64,000 nt of DNA from Eubacteriales bacterium. Its GTDB lineage: Bacteria > Bacillota > Clostridia > Oscillospirales > CAG-272. Where the stretch lies: assembly GCA_045653945.1 (NCBI GenBank), contig JAZOML010000004.1, forward strand, positions 57,095 through 121,094, given 5' to 3'. The position numbers and the translations under genes are program-made. The stretch's first letter is position 1, and each line of letters opens with the position of its first letter. The notes beneath the pieces are model-generated. The model was not told where the DNA came from. It saw only the letters and a list, made by a program, of their open reading frames with translations, and made no database searches. Below are positions 24,733 through 33,216 of this stretch, piece after piece.

Positions 24733-25656
24733 TTGAATATTTTACATATGAAATATGCGGTAGAGGTTGCAAAGCAAGGCTCTCTCAACAAGGCTGCCGA
24801 AGCACTTATGATTGCTCAGCCGAATATCAGCCGTTCTATCAAGGAGCTTGAAGCAAGTCTTGGTATTACAATATTTCAGCGTAGCGCAAAGGGTATGACG
24901 CTTACCCCAGATGGTGAGGAATTTATCGACTATGCACGCGATATTCTTCACAGAATCGACAAAATGGAACAAGCCTACCGCGACGGTTCTCACAAAAAAC
25001 GCAAGTTCTCTATTTCAGTTCCGCGCGCCTGCTATATTTCAGCTGCACTTACAGAGTTTTCAAAGGACCTCGGAGAAAGCGACGTTGAAATATATTATAA
25101 GGAAACAAATTCCAAGAAGACTATAAACAAGCTTCTTGTAAACGAGTACAAGCTCGGAATTATAAGATATGCAGAAAGCTACGACAAATACTACAAAAAT
25201 ATGTTTGAGGAAAAGGGATTGGTTGCCGAGCTTGTCGCAGAGTTCTCATACGTTCTTATTATGAGCCGCAATAACCCTCTTGCCACAAAGGAAACAATCA
25301 CCTATAAAGACCTCGCCCCTTACATTGAAATTGCACACGCAGACCCTTACGTCCCCACACTGTCAATGTCCAAGGTTTTCCGAGAGGAGCTTCCCGACAA
25401 CATAGGTCAGCGAATTTTCGTATTTGAAAGAGCTAGTCAGTTTGAACTTTTATCCGACAATCCCAAAACGTTTATGTGGATTTCTCCCGCATCTCAGCAA
25501 ATGCTTGACAGATACGGTCTTGTACAACGCATTTGCGAAGGAAACAAAAAGCTATACAAGGACGTCCTTATTTATCACAAAGGATATAAGCTTACAAGAC
25601 TTGACAAAGCATTTATTACAAAATTACGCGAAGCTAAAATAAAATTTGACAATTAA
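24733..25656 (+). CDS. LysR-family transcriptional regulator
   Basis: The N-terminal HTH reads NILHMKYAVEVAKQGSLNKAAEALMIAQPNISRSIKELE. A TTG start at 24733 follows AGGAG. Confidence 0.8.
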   Translation: MNILHMKYAVEVAKQGSLNKAAEALMIAQPNISRSIKELEASLGITIFQRSAKGMTLTPDGEEFIDYARDILHRIDKMEQAYRDGSHKKRKFSISVPRACYISAALTEFSKDLGESDVEIYYKETNSKKTINKLLVNEYKLGIIRYAESYDKYYKNMFEEKGLVAELVAEFSYVLIMSRNNPLATKETITYKDLAPYIEIAHADPYVPTLSMSKVFREELPDNIGQRIFVFERASQFELLSDNPKTFMWISPASQQMLDRYGLVQRICEGNKKLYKDVLIYHKGYKLTRLDKAFITKLREAKIKFDN

Positions 25657-25664
25657 TACACTCA

Positions 25665-25700
25665 AGAGGTTGATTTTTTAAAAAATCGACCTCTTTTTTA
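25665..25700 (+). terminator. Terminator after the LysR gene
   Basis: AGAGGTTGATTTTTT/AAAAAATCGACCTCT long hairpin followed by TTTTT. Confidence 0.65.
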
Positions 25701-25818
25701 TATTCGAGGTATATCAAAAAGTATAACACCGATATAATAAATTAATAATTCCCAAGAAGGTAAGTTTGTGATATAATAATAGCAAAAATGAGATTATGAT
25801 TTTTTCAGGAGGCAATTA

Positions 25819-28455
25819 ATGGAAAACAAAGCTTATAAAATCGTTGACAGTGTAGAAGCTCTTCAAGGAGCAATTGCCCGTGTAAGAGCCGCACAAAAGA
25901 TTTTTGCAACCTATACACAAGAGCAGGTTGACAAAATCTTTTTGGCAGCAGCTTCCGCCGCAGATAAGGCAAGAATTACTCTGGCAAAGCTTGCGGTAGC
26001 AGAAACCGGAATGGGTATTGTAGAAGATAAGGTTATCAAGAATCACTATGCTGCCGAGTACATCTACAATGCTTACAAGGAAACAAAAACCTGCGGAATT
26101 ATTGAAGAAGACAAGGCATTCGGTATCACAAAGATTGCTGAGCCTATTGGTGTTATTGCGGCAGTTATACCTACCACTAACCCCACCTCAACCGCAATCT
26201 TTAAGTGCCTTCTCGCACTTAAAACGCGTAATGCAATCATAATCAGCCCACACCCCAGAGCAAAGAACTGCACCATCGCAGCGGCAAAGCTCATTCTTGA
26301 GGCGGCAGTTGCGGCAGGCGCACCCGATGGAATTATCGACTGGATTGACGTTCCTTCTCTGGAAATGACCAACACCGTTATGAAAGAAGCTGATATCATA
26401 CTCGCAACCGGTGGTCCCGGAATGGTTAAGGCTGCTTATTCCAGCGGCAAGCCCGCACTTGGCGTTGGCGCAGGTAACACTCCTGCTATAATTGACGATA
26501 GCGCTAACATTCTTCTCGCAGTAAACTCGATTATCCACTCCAAGACCTTTGACAACGGTATGATTTGTGCGTCCGAGCAATCGGTTATCGTAATGGAGAG
26601 CATTTATGATGAGGTAAAGGCTGAATTTGCCGCAAGAGGTTGTTACTTCCTTAATCCCGAGGAAACAGAAAAGGTTCGCAAGACTATCATTATCAACGGT
26701 GCACTTAACGCTAAGATAGTCGGTCAGAGAGCCGCAAAAATCGCCGAGCTTGCAAGCGTAACCGTTCCTGAAGGTACTAAAATTCTAATCGGCGAGGTTG
26801 AGAGCGTAGAGCTTTCCGAGGAGTTTGCTCACGAAAAGCTATCTCCTGTACTTGCTATGTATAAGGTGAAAACCTTTGATGAAGCACTTGATAAGGCTGA
26901 TAAGCTCGTTGAGGACGGCGGCTTTGGACATACCGCTTCTCTCTATATCAACGAAATTACCGAAAAAGAAAAGCTTTCCGCTTATATGGCAAAAATGAGA
27001 ACCTGTCGTATTCTCGTTAACACTCCTTCCGCTCACGGAGGTATAGGAGACCTTTACAACTTTAAGCTCGCTCCCTCGCTTACACTTGGTTGCGGTTCTT
27101 GGGGCGGTAACAGTGTATCCGAAAACGTAGGTGTAAAGCACCTGCTCAACATTAAGACGGTAGCCGAGAGGAGAGAAAATATGCTTTGGTTCAGAGCACC
27201 TGAAAAGATTTATATAAAGAAGGGCTGCCTGCCCGTAGCTCTTGATGAGCTTCGCACCGTAAGAGGCGCAAAAAAGGCATTTATTGTAACTGATACTTTC
27301 CTTTATCAAAACGGCTACACAAAGCCGATTACCGACAAGCTTGATGAAATGGGTATTCAGCACTCCACTTTCTGTACCGCTCAGCCCGATCCTACCCTTG
27401 CAAACGCAACGGAGGGCGCTGCGCAGATGAGAGCATTCCAACCCGATACCATCATCGCACTCGGCGGTGGTTCAGCTATGGATGCTGCTAAAATTATGTG
27501 GGTTCTCTACGAGCATCCGGAAGCAGACTTTATGGATATGGCTATGAGATTTATTGATATTCGCAAGAGAGTTTACACTTTCCCAAAGATGGGCGAAAAG
27601 GCATATTTTATCGCAATTCCTACATCCGCAGGTACGGGCTCTGAAGTAACTCCATTTGCAGTTATCACCGACGAAAAAACAGGAGTTAAGTATCCTCTTG
27701 CCGACTATGAGCTTCTTCCCAATATGGCTATAATCGACACCGATTTCCATATGTCCGCTCCGCGTGGACTTACCGCCGCTTCGGGCATCGATGCGGTAAC
27801 TCACGCTCTTGAAGCTTACGCAGCAATGCTCGCTACTGACTACACCGACGGTCTTGCACTCCAAGCACTCAAAAATATTTTCAAATATCTCCCCAGAGCC
27901 TACGAAAACGGCCAAACAGACGTTGAGGCCCGTGAAAAGATGGCTAACGCCGCTACTATTGCAGGTATGGCTTTTGCAAACGCATTCCTTGGTGTATGCC
28001 ACTCTATGGCTCACAAGCTCGGCGCTTTCCACCATCTCCCTCACGGTGTTGCTAATGCTCTTATGATCGAAGAAGTTCTCCGCTTCAATGCAAGTCAGGC
28101 TCCCGCAAAGATGGGTACCTTCTCGCAGTACGACCACCCACACACCCTTGCAAGATATGCTGAAATTGCCGACTATCTCGGACTTGGCGGCAAAACCGAT
28201 GAAGAAAAGCTTGAAAACCTTATCAAGGCTATAAACGAGCTCAAAGCAAAGGTTGGTATCAAGGAAACTATCAAGGATTACGGTATAGACGAAAACGACT
28301 TCCTTTCACGTCTTGACGATATGGTAGAGCAGGCATTTGTCGACCAATGCACCGGCGCTAACCCCCGTTATCCGCTTATGAGCGAGATAAAGCAAATGTA
28401 TCTCAACGCTTATTACGGTAAGCATTTCGTTGAAGAAGATATGCCAAAGGCTTAA
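25819..28455 (+). CDS. adhE: Bifunctional acetaldehyde-CoA/alcohol dehydrogenase
   Basis: An 878-aa product with an N-terminal ALDH domain (GMICASEQS) and a C-terminal Fe-ADH domain (GGGSAMDAAK, HSMAHKLG). Confidence 0.95.
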   Translation: MENKAYKIVDSVEALQGAIARVRAAQKIFATYTQEQVDKIFLAAASAADKARITLAKLAVAETGMGIVEDKVIKNHYAAEYIYNAYKETKTCGIIEEDKAFGITKIAEPIGVIAAVIPTTNPTSTAIFKCLLALKTRNAIIISPHPRAKNCTIAAAKLILEAAVAAGAPDGIIDWIDVPSLEMTNTVMKEADIILATGGPGMVKAAYSSGKPALGVGAGNTPAIIDDSANILLAVNSIIHSKTFDNGMICASEQSVIVMESIYDEVKAEFAARGCYFLNPEETEKVRKTIIINGALNAKIVGQRAAKIAELASVTVPEGTKILIGEVESVELSEEFAHEKLSPVLAMYKVKTFDEALDKADKLVEDGGFGHTASLYINEITEKEKLSAYMAKMRTCRILVNTPSAHGGIGDLYNFKLAPSLTLGCGSWGGNSVSENVGVKHLLNIKTVAERRENMLWFRAPEKIYIKKGCLPVALDELRTVRGAKKAFIVTDTFLYQNGYTKPITDKLDEMGIQHSTFCTAQPDPTLANATEGAAQMRAFQPDTIIALGGGSAMDAAKIMWVLYEHPEADFMDMAMRFIDIRKRVYTFPKMGEKAYFIAIPTSAGTGSEVTPFAVITDEKTGVKYPLADYELLPNMAIIDTDFHMSAPRGLTAASGIDAVTHALEAYAAMLATDYTDGLALQALKNIFKYLPRAYENGQTDVEAREKMANAATIAGMAFANAFLGVCHSMAHKLGAFHHLPHGVANALMIEEVLRFNASQAPAKMGTFSQYDHPHTLARYAEIADYLGLGGKTDEEKLENLIKAINELKAKVGIKETIKDYGIDENDFLSRLDDMVEQAFVDQCTGANPRYPLMSEIKQMYLNAYYGKHFVEEDMPKA

Positions 28456-28469
28456 TGGAGGATATTAAT

Positions 28470-29219
28470 ATGAAGCTTGATAACGTAATTTCAGTTAGAA
28501 AAAACAAGACCGTTTACCGCGACGGTAACAAGTGTATAAAGCTATTTGACGAAGGATATTCAAAGGCTGACGTACTAAATGAAGCCTTAAATCAAGCAAG
28601 AGTTGAGGAAACAGGGCTTTTGATACCCAAATTACTTGAGGTAACCACGCATAACGGTAAGTGGGCTATCGTAACCGAGTTTATTGAGGGCAAAACCCTT
28701 GCGCAGCTTATGGAAGAAAACCCCGAAAAATTCGACGAATACCTTGAACAGTTCGTTGATTTGCAAATTGCCGTCCACTCCAAAAGATGTCCTCTTTTAA
28801 ACAAATTAAAAGATAAAATGAATAGAAAAATAAGCCAGACTACTCTCGACGCAACGACCAGATATGAGCTTCACGCACGTCTTGAGGGTATGCCAAAGCA
28901 CAACAAGGTTTGCCATGGAGATTTTAACCCGTCAAATATAATCGTTAACGAAAAAGGCGAGTTTTATATAATTGACTGGGCGCACGCAACTCAGGGAAAC
29001 GCCTCTGCTGACGTATCAAGAACCTATCTGCTTTTCTATCTTGCCGGAAAAACCGAAATAGCCAATAAATATATGGAGCTTTTTTGCAAGAAAAGAGATA
29101 CGGCAAGACAGTACGTTCAAAAATGGTTACCTATCGTTGCCGCTTCGCAATCCGTAAAGGGCAATGAAGAGGAGCGAGAGCTACTTTTAAAGTGGGTTGA
29201 CGTTGTTGACTACGAATAA
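28470..29219 (+). CDS. APH/choline-kinase-fold phosphotransferase family protein
   Basis: Catalytic loop HGDFNPSNIIV and IIDWAHATQG. GGAGG lies 8 nt upstream of ATG 28470. The track start 28455 overlaps the adhE stop. Confidence 0.65.
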   Translation: MKLDNVISVRKNKTVYRDGNKCIKLFDEGYSKADVLNEALNQARVEETGLLIPKLLEVTTHNGKWAIVTEFIEGKTLAQLMEENPEKFDEYLEQFVDLQIAVHSKRCPLLNKLKDKMNRKISQTTLDATTRYELHARLEGMPKHNKVCHGDFNPSNIIVNEKGEFYIIDWAHATQGNASADVSRTYLLFYLAGKTEIANKYMELFCKKRDTARQYVQKWLPIVAASQSVKGNEEERELLLKWVDVVDYE

Positions 29220-29226
29220 TAATGAT

Positions 29227-29260
29227 AAAAGAGCCACCGAAATACGGTGGCTCTTTTTTT
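29227..29260. terminator. Bidirectional terminator
   Basis: AGAGCCACCG-AAATA-CGGTGGCTCT is flanked by AAAA and TTTTTT. It lies between convergent genes. Confidence 0.8.
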
Positions 29261-29271
29261 GATATTTTATA

Positions 29272-30828
29272 TTAAATTTCCCCTACTTCTTTGGCAAGTT
29301 CAAACATACGAAACGCAGAGCCTATATGGCAGTTTATCCAGAAGTTTTCAAGGGTTTTAGTGCACTCCTTCGACATCCAGTGAGTAGGAATTACGCCGAT
29401 TTCGGGGTCCTGCATTCTAGTTATCGAATCGCCAAGCGCCTTCGCCTTTTCAAGCAGAAGCTCATCACCCGTAACTCTATACAGCGCAAGCATAGTTGTC
29501 ATAACCGCAACCGTGCTTCCGTCTATCGGAACATACCAAAAATACTGTTCAAGCGCTGCGGGTGAATACCAATAATCACCCTCTTTGAAGTGCTCGTTCC
29601 AAGGAGCGTGCTCACCCCAAACAACAAACTGGTCCTCAACAAAGCGCATAAGCTCCTTTGCTTCCTCAATTTTTTCGGGAACGTCGGGGTATTTCTTAGT
29701 TATGTTCTGTATCATTCTGTCCGCTTCAAGATGGGTAAGGTCAAGGTAGTTACCCGAAAGCTTTATATCCTCAAACTGTCCCTCCCAGTTATAATTTTCA
29801 AGGCAGGTCTTTTCTATGTAACGGTAAAAGCCGTCTGCAAGTTCATTCCAGCATTTCTCTCCCGTTCGTTCATAAAATGCGGTAATAAAGTCAAGAATTT
29901 GTCCCGAAACACATACGTTAGGTCCGACAGGCTCGCCGCTTTTTGCATCAAGAAGCAGATACCAGCTTCCGCATTCAAGAACGTTAGCTTTGTAGTAGTC
30001 TGCTATACGCGCGGCTGCATCAAAATATTTTTTATCTCCGGTAGCTTTTTCAAGCAAAAGGAACATACTTCCTGCCGATGCAGGGTAAATAATCATCAGC
30101 TGATCTCTTCTTCCCCAAGCCATCGGAGCGTTTTTATCGACTATCTCCTTATTAAGTCCTTTAAAGGAGTATGTGGGAGGAAGTCCTGCAAGAGCATAGC
30201 TTTCGTCATAGGTAATAGATAGCAGGTAATCTGCCGCATTTATTGCGAGCTGCATAGCATCTTTTGCATTTTCGGGTTCAAGCTCTGCGTACGCTATCAT
30301 CGTTCTTACAATACTGCTTATCATCTTTGCGGGATAGACGTTATGATAATAGTCTGGGTCGGGATAGCCTTTTTTGAGCCAATACTGTGTAGTAGGGTCA
30401 TTGAATACAAAACGAAATGCTTTTATAGCACACTCTTTATACGAGCAGGCTCTTTCAGGAAGTGCATCTCTTCCGGGAAATCCCTCCATTTTATAAAAGG
30501 TTCTGGTGCCTGCAAGGTATTTTTTGCCAGTGTTTTTATTGACTGCCTCAACGGTCAGGGTTACTATACCTACTGCTATATCCTTCCATATTTTATTAAG
30601 TGGCTCAATAGGGCTTTCAGCGGTAAATGTATATACTCCACCCTTACTGTCGGTTGCAGTATAGATGTACTCCTTTGCACCGGGAATTGCGGGCATCATA
30701 AACTGAGGTACGTACATAAACTGCGAGGAATTTATATTCCAGAACGGTTTACCGTTATTTCCTGCGCGACGTACAGTTTTGGTGGCGCTGTTGTACTCAT
30801 CAAAAGCCTGTTTTGCGAATTTATCCAT
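29272..30828 (-). CDS. Cytoplasmic protein of unknown function, possibly an alpha/alpha-barrel glycan-active enzyme
   Basis: About 518 aa with no signal peptide. ATG 30828 has AAGGAG 9 nt upstream (the track GTG start was rejected). The fold guess is from composition only. Confidence 0.3.
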   Translation of the reverse strand: MDKFAKQAFDEYNSATKTVRRAGNNGKPFWNINSSQFMYVPQFMMPAIPGAKEYIYTATDSKGGVYTFTAESPIEPLNKIWKDIAVGIVTLTVEAVNKNTGKKYLAGTRTFYKMEGFPGRDALPERACSYKECAIKAFRFVFNDPTTQYWLKKGYPDPDYYHNVYPAKMISSIVRTMIAYAELEPENAKDAMQLAINAADYLLSITYDESYALAGLPPTYSFKGLNKEIVDKNAPMAWGRRDQLMIIYPASAGSMFLLLEKATGDKKYFDAAARIADYYKANVLECGSWYLLLDAKSGEPVGPNVCVSGQILDFITAFYERTGEKCWNELADGFYRYIEKTCLENYNWEGQFEDIKLSGNYLDLTHLEADRMIQNITKKYPDVPEKIEEAKELMRFVEDQFVVWGEHAPWNEHFKEGDYWYSPAALEQYFWYVPIDGSTVAVMTTMLALYRVTGDELLLEKAKALGDSITRMQDPEIGVIPTHWMSKECTKTLENFWINCHIGSAFRMFELAKEVGEI

Positions 30829-30984
30829 TAATTTAATCTCCTTTTCACACAAGGTTATAATTTATTTTAACCGTTTTTATTGCAAATTTCAATATATATT
30901 TTCCATATTTTTATTTAAAAAAGTTTGTTTACGCTTTAAAATGTATGTTTTTTGAAATTCCGCAAAAAACTTTCAAAAAAATAC

Positions 30985-31013
30985 TTGACAAACGAAAATG
31001 TTTATGGTATACT
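30985..31013 (+). promoter_or_regulatory. infC operon promoter
   Basis: TTGACA-17 nt-TATACT with TGg upstream of the -10. Confidence 0.65.
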
Positions 31014-31019
31014 ATCGAA

Positions 31020-31158
31020 GTAAAAGAAGCAGAGCTCTCCGCTCTCACCAATAAGGCAATAGCGCTTTAAGGTTGATATTTTTCACGGTGTACGGGTGTA
31101 TGGCGTGAATTTTGGGTTGCGGGGAGAAATGTATTCTTCACCGCATTTTTTGTTTATT
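31020..31158 (+). promoter_or_regulatory. infC-rpmI-rplT leader with attenuator terminator (Firmicute L20-leader type)
   Basis: A roughly 150-nt structured leader. It ends in hairpin GCGGGGAGAA..TTCTTCACCGC (31119-31144) followed by ATTTTTTGTTT, just before the infC RBS. Confidence 0.55.
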
Positions 31159-31172
31159 GGAGGTGCTTTACT

Positions 31173-31718
31173 ATCAAGAACACTAACGGAAAAGAGCATG
31201 AAATTAATGAAGAAATCGGTCTTGCTCCCGATACAAGCGTCCGTGTAATCGGCGACGACGGAGCACAGTACGGTATCATCACCTTTGCAAAGGCTCTTGA
31301 AACTGCATACGACAAGGGACTTGACCTCGTTATGATGAGCGCTCAGGCTGACCCGCCCGTATGTAAAATTATGGACTACGGCAAATTCTGTTTTGACCGT
31401 AACAAAAAGGAAAAGGAAGCCCGTAAAAAGCAAAAGGTTATTGAGGTTAAGGAAATTCAGCTCACCTGTCTTATTGACACTAATGACTTCAATACCAAGG
31501 TTAATCACGCTCGCCGTTTCCTCTCCGACGGAAACAAGGTTAAGGTTATGGTAAAGTTCAAGGGACGTCAAATGTCCCGTCAGGAAGTTGGAAAAGAGCT
31601 TCTTGAACGTTTCAAGGAGGCGTGTAGCGACCTCGGTGCTCCCGAGAAGGCGCCTATTCTTGAAGGAAGAAATATGATAATGTTTATCGCGCCCTTAAAA
31701 ACAACCGGCGCAAAATGA
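31173..31718 (+). CDS. infC: Translation initiation factor IF-3, non-AUG (ATC) start
   Basis: The open frame upstream of the track ATG encodes IKNTNGKEHEINEEIGLAPDTSVRVIGDDGAQ, a conserved IF-3 N-domain. GGAGGTG lies 7 nt upstream of ATC 31173. Confidence 0.85.
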   Translation: MKNTNGKEHEINEEIGLAPDTSVRVIGDDGAQYGIITFAKALETAYDKGLDLVMMSAQADPPVCKIMDYGKFCFDRNKKEKEARKKQKVIEVKEIQLTCLIDTNDFNTKVNHARRFLSDGNKVKVMVKFKGRQMSRQEVGKELLERFKEACSDLGAPEKAPILEGRNMIMFIAPLKTTGAK

Positions 31719-31733
31719 AAGGAGTTTTAAACC

Positions 31734-31931
31734 ATGGGTAAAATCAAAACACACAGCGCTTCCGCAAAGAGATTTAAGCTCACCAAAAGCGGAAAAGTAA
31801 AGCTTTCGCACATGAACCGCCGCCACAAGACTGCTCTTAAGAGCTCCAAGCGTATGAGAGGCCTCCGCAAGGGTGGATACCTCAGCGAGTCTATGGCTCC
31901 CAACATCAAGAAACTGCTTCCCCGTGTTTAA
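31734..31931 (+). CDS. rpmI: 50S ribosomal protein L35
   Basis: MGKIKTHSASAKRFKLTKSGKVK. It lies between infC and rplT. Confidence 0.95.
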   Translation: MGKIKTHSASAKRFKLTKSGKVKLSHMNRRHKTALKSSKRMRGLRKGGYLSESMAPNIKKLLPRV

Positions 31932-31965
31932 TTTGCGGGCATTATATCTAAGGAGGATTTAACAA

Positions 31966-32319
31966 ATGGCAAGAGTTAAACGCGCTATGATGACGCGCAA
32001 GAGAAGAAAAAAGATATTAAAGGCCGCAAAGGGTTACTGGGGCGCAAAGTCCAAGCATTTTAAGATGGCTAAACAGGCCGTTATGAAGAGCGGTAACTAT
32101 GCTTTCGCAGGCAGAAAGCAGAAGAAGAGAGATTTCCGTCAGCTTTGGATCACCAGAATCTCTGCAGCAGCAAAGGTAAACGGAATGAACTATTCTACCC
32201 TTATCAACGGTCTCAAGAAGGCTGGCATCGACCTCAACCGTAAGATGCTCTCTGAGATCGCTATCGCAGACCCCGCAGCTTTCGCAGACCTCTGCGCAAA
32301 GGCTAAGGCTGCCCTTTAA
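31966..32319 (+). CDS. rplT: 50S ribosomal protein L20
   Basis: [26 protein letters not shown], a canonical L20 N-terminus. Confidence 0.95.
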   Translation: MARVKRAMMTRKRRKKILKAAKGYWGAKSKHFKMAKQAVMKSGNYAFAGRKQKKRDFRQLWITRISAAAKVNGMNYSTLINGLKKAGIDLNRKMLSEIAIADPAAFADLCAKAKAAL

Positions 32320-32332
32320 TTTAAACTAATAC

Positions 32333-32368
32333 AAATCAGGTCGAGTCAAATGACACGACCTGATTTTT
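32333..32368 (+). terminator. rplT terminator
   Basis: AAATCAGGTCG-12 nt-CGACCTGATTT followed by TTGG. Confidence 0.7.
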
Positions 32369-32392
32369 GGCTTTTTAAGTGAGGAAGAAAAC

Positions 32393-33190
32393 GTGAATTT
32401 TGATATTATAACATCAAGAAACAACCCCCTAATTAAGGAAATTGCTAAGCTTTCGGACAAAAAGCACCGAGAAAAAAGCTCACTTTTTGCCTTTGAAGGC
32501 AGAAAACTACTCTCTGAGGCTTTACAAAGCGGTGTACAAATCGTAAATATTTTTGTTACCCAAAAAGCACTTCAGGTTGTACAAAAAATGGATATTCCCT
32601 GCCGTTTGACCGTCGTCAGCGACGAGGTTTACGACAAAATTTCCTTTGAAAAATCACCGGAAGGTATATTCTGTGTAGCAAAAACTCTTGACAAATTCCA
32701 TAATTTATATATAATAGATAGAAGGGAAGATTTTCACCAAGGCAGTTATTTTGTTCTCGACGGCATTCGCGACCCCGGAAATCTCGGTACAATCCTGCGT
32801 ACAGCCTCAGCCTTCGGCTGCGACTGTCTAATTATGAGCGAGGACTGTGCCGATATTTATAATCCTAAAACTGTAAGAGCGTCTATGGGTGCAATTTTCC
32901 GTCAAAAAACACTTCGCGCCTCTGACCTTACCGCTGTTATCCTCAATTTGCGTGAGTGCGACAAGACAGTTTATGCTGCCACTTTGGACGATAACAGTAT
33001 TTCTCTTTTTGATACAAAGGTAAATTCGAACGTTTGCTTTGTGGTAGGAAACGAGGGTAACGGTATAAGGAGTGAGGTTATCGGTGCTTGTAACGGCTCG
33101 GTTATAATTCCTATGGAAAACGGAACTGAATCGCTCAACGCAGCAGCAGCATCTACAATCCTTCTCTATGAGGCTTATCGCCAAAGATAA
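32393..33190 (+). CDS. TrmH/SpoU-family RNA 2'-O-methyltransferase
   Basis: GTG start. SpoU motifs: DPGNLGTILRTA, VVGNEGNGI and IPMENGTESLNAAAAS. Confidence 0.8.
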   Translation: MNFDIITSRNNPLIKEIAKLSDKKHREKSSLFAFEGRKLLSEALQSGVQIVNIFVTQKALQVVQKMDIPCRLTVVSDEVYDKISFEKSPEGIFCVAKTLDKFHNLYIIDRREDFHQGSYFVLDGIRDPGNLGTILRTASAFGCDCLIMSEDCADIYNPKTVRASMGAIFRQKTLRASDLTAVILNLRECDKTVYAATLDDNSISLFDTKVNSNVCFVVGNEGNGIRSEVIGACNGSVIIPMENGTESLNAAAASTILLYEAYRQR

Positions 33191-33216
33191 AATCATTTTA
33201 ACTAACGGAGTTTTAT

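Noticed and set aside
26839-28143. Two minus-strand ORFs (200 and 223 aa) inside adhE
   Set aside because: They are shadow ORFs opposite an unambiguous 878-aa AdhE reading frame.
29590-30831. Plus-strand ORFs of 210 and 162 aa
   Set aside because: They are antisense to the continuous 518-aa minus-strand gene and have Phe/Lys/Cys-rich shadow composition.
31083-31571. 162-aa minus-strand ORF over the infC leader and 5' end
   Set aside because: It is antisense to IF-3 coding sequence and to the leader/terminator structure.
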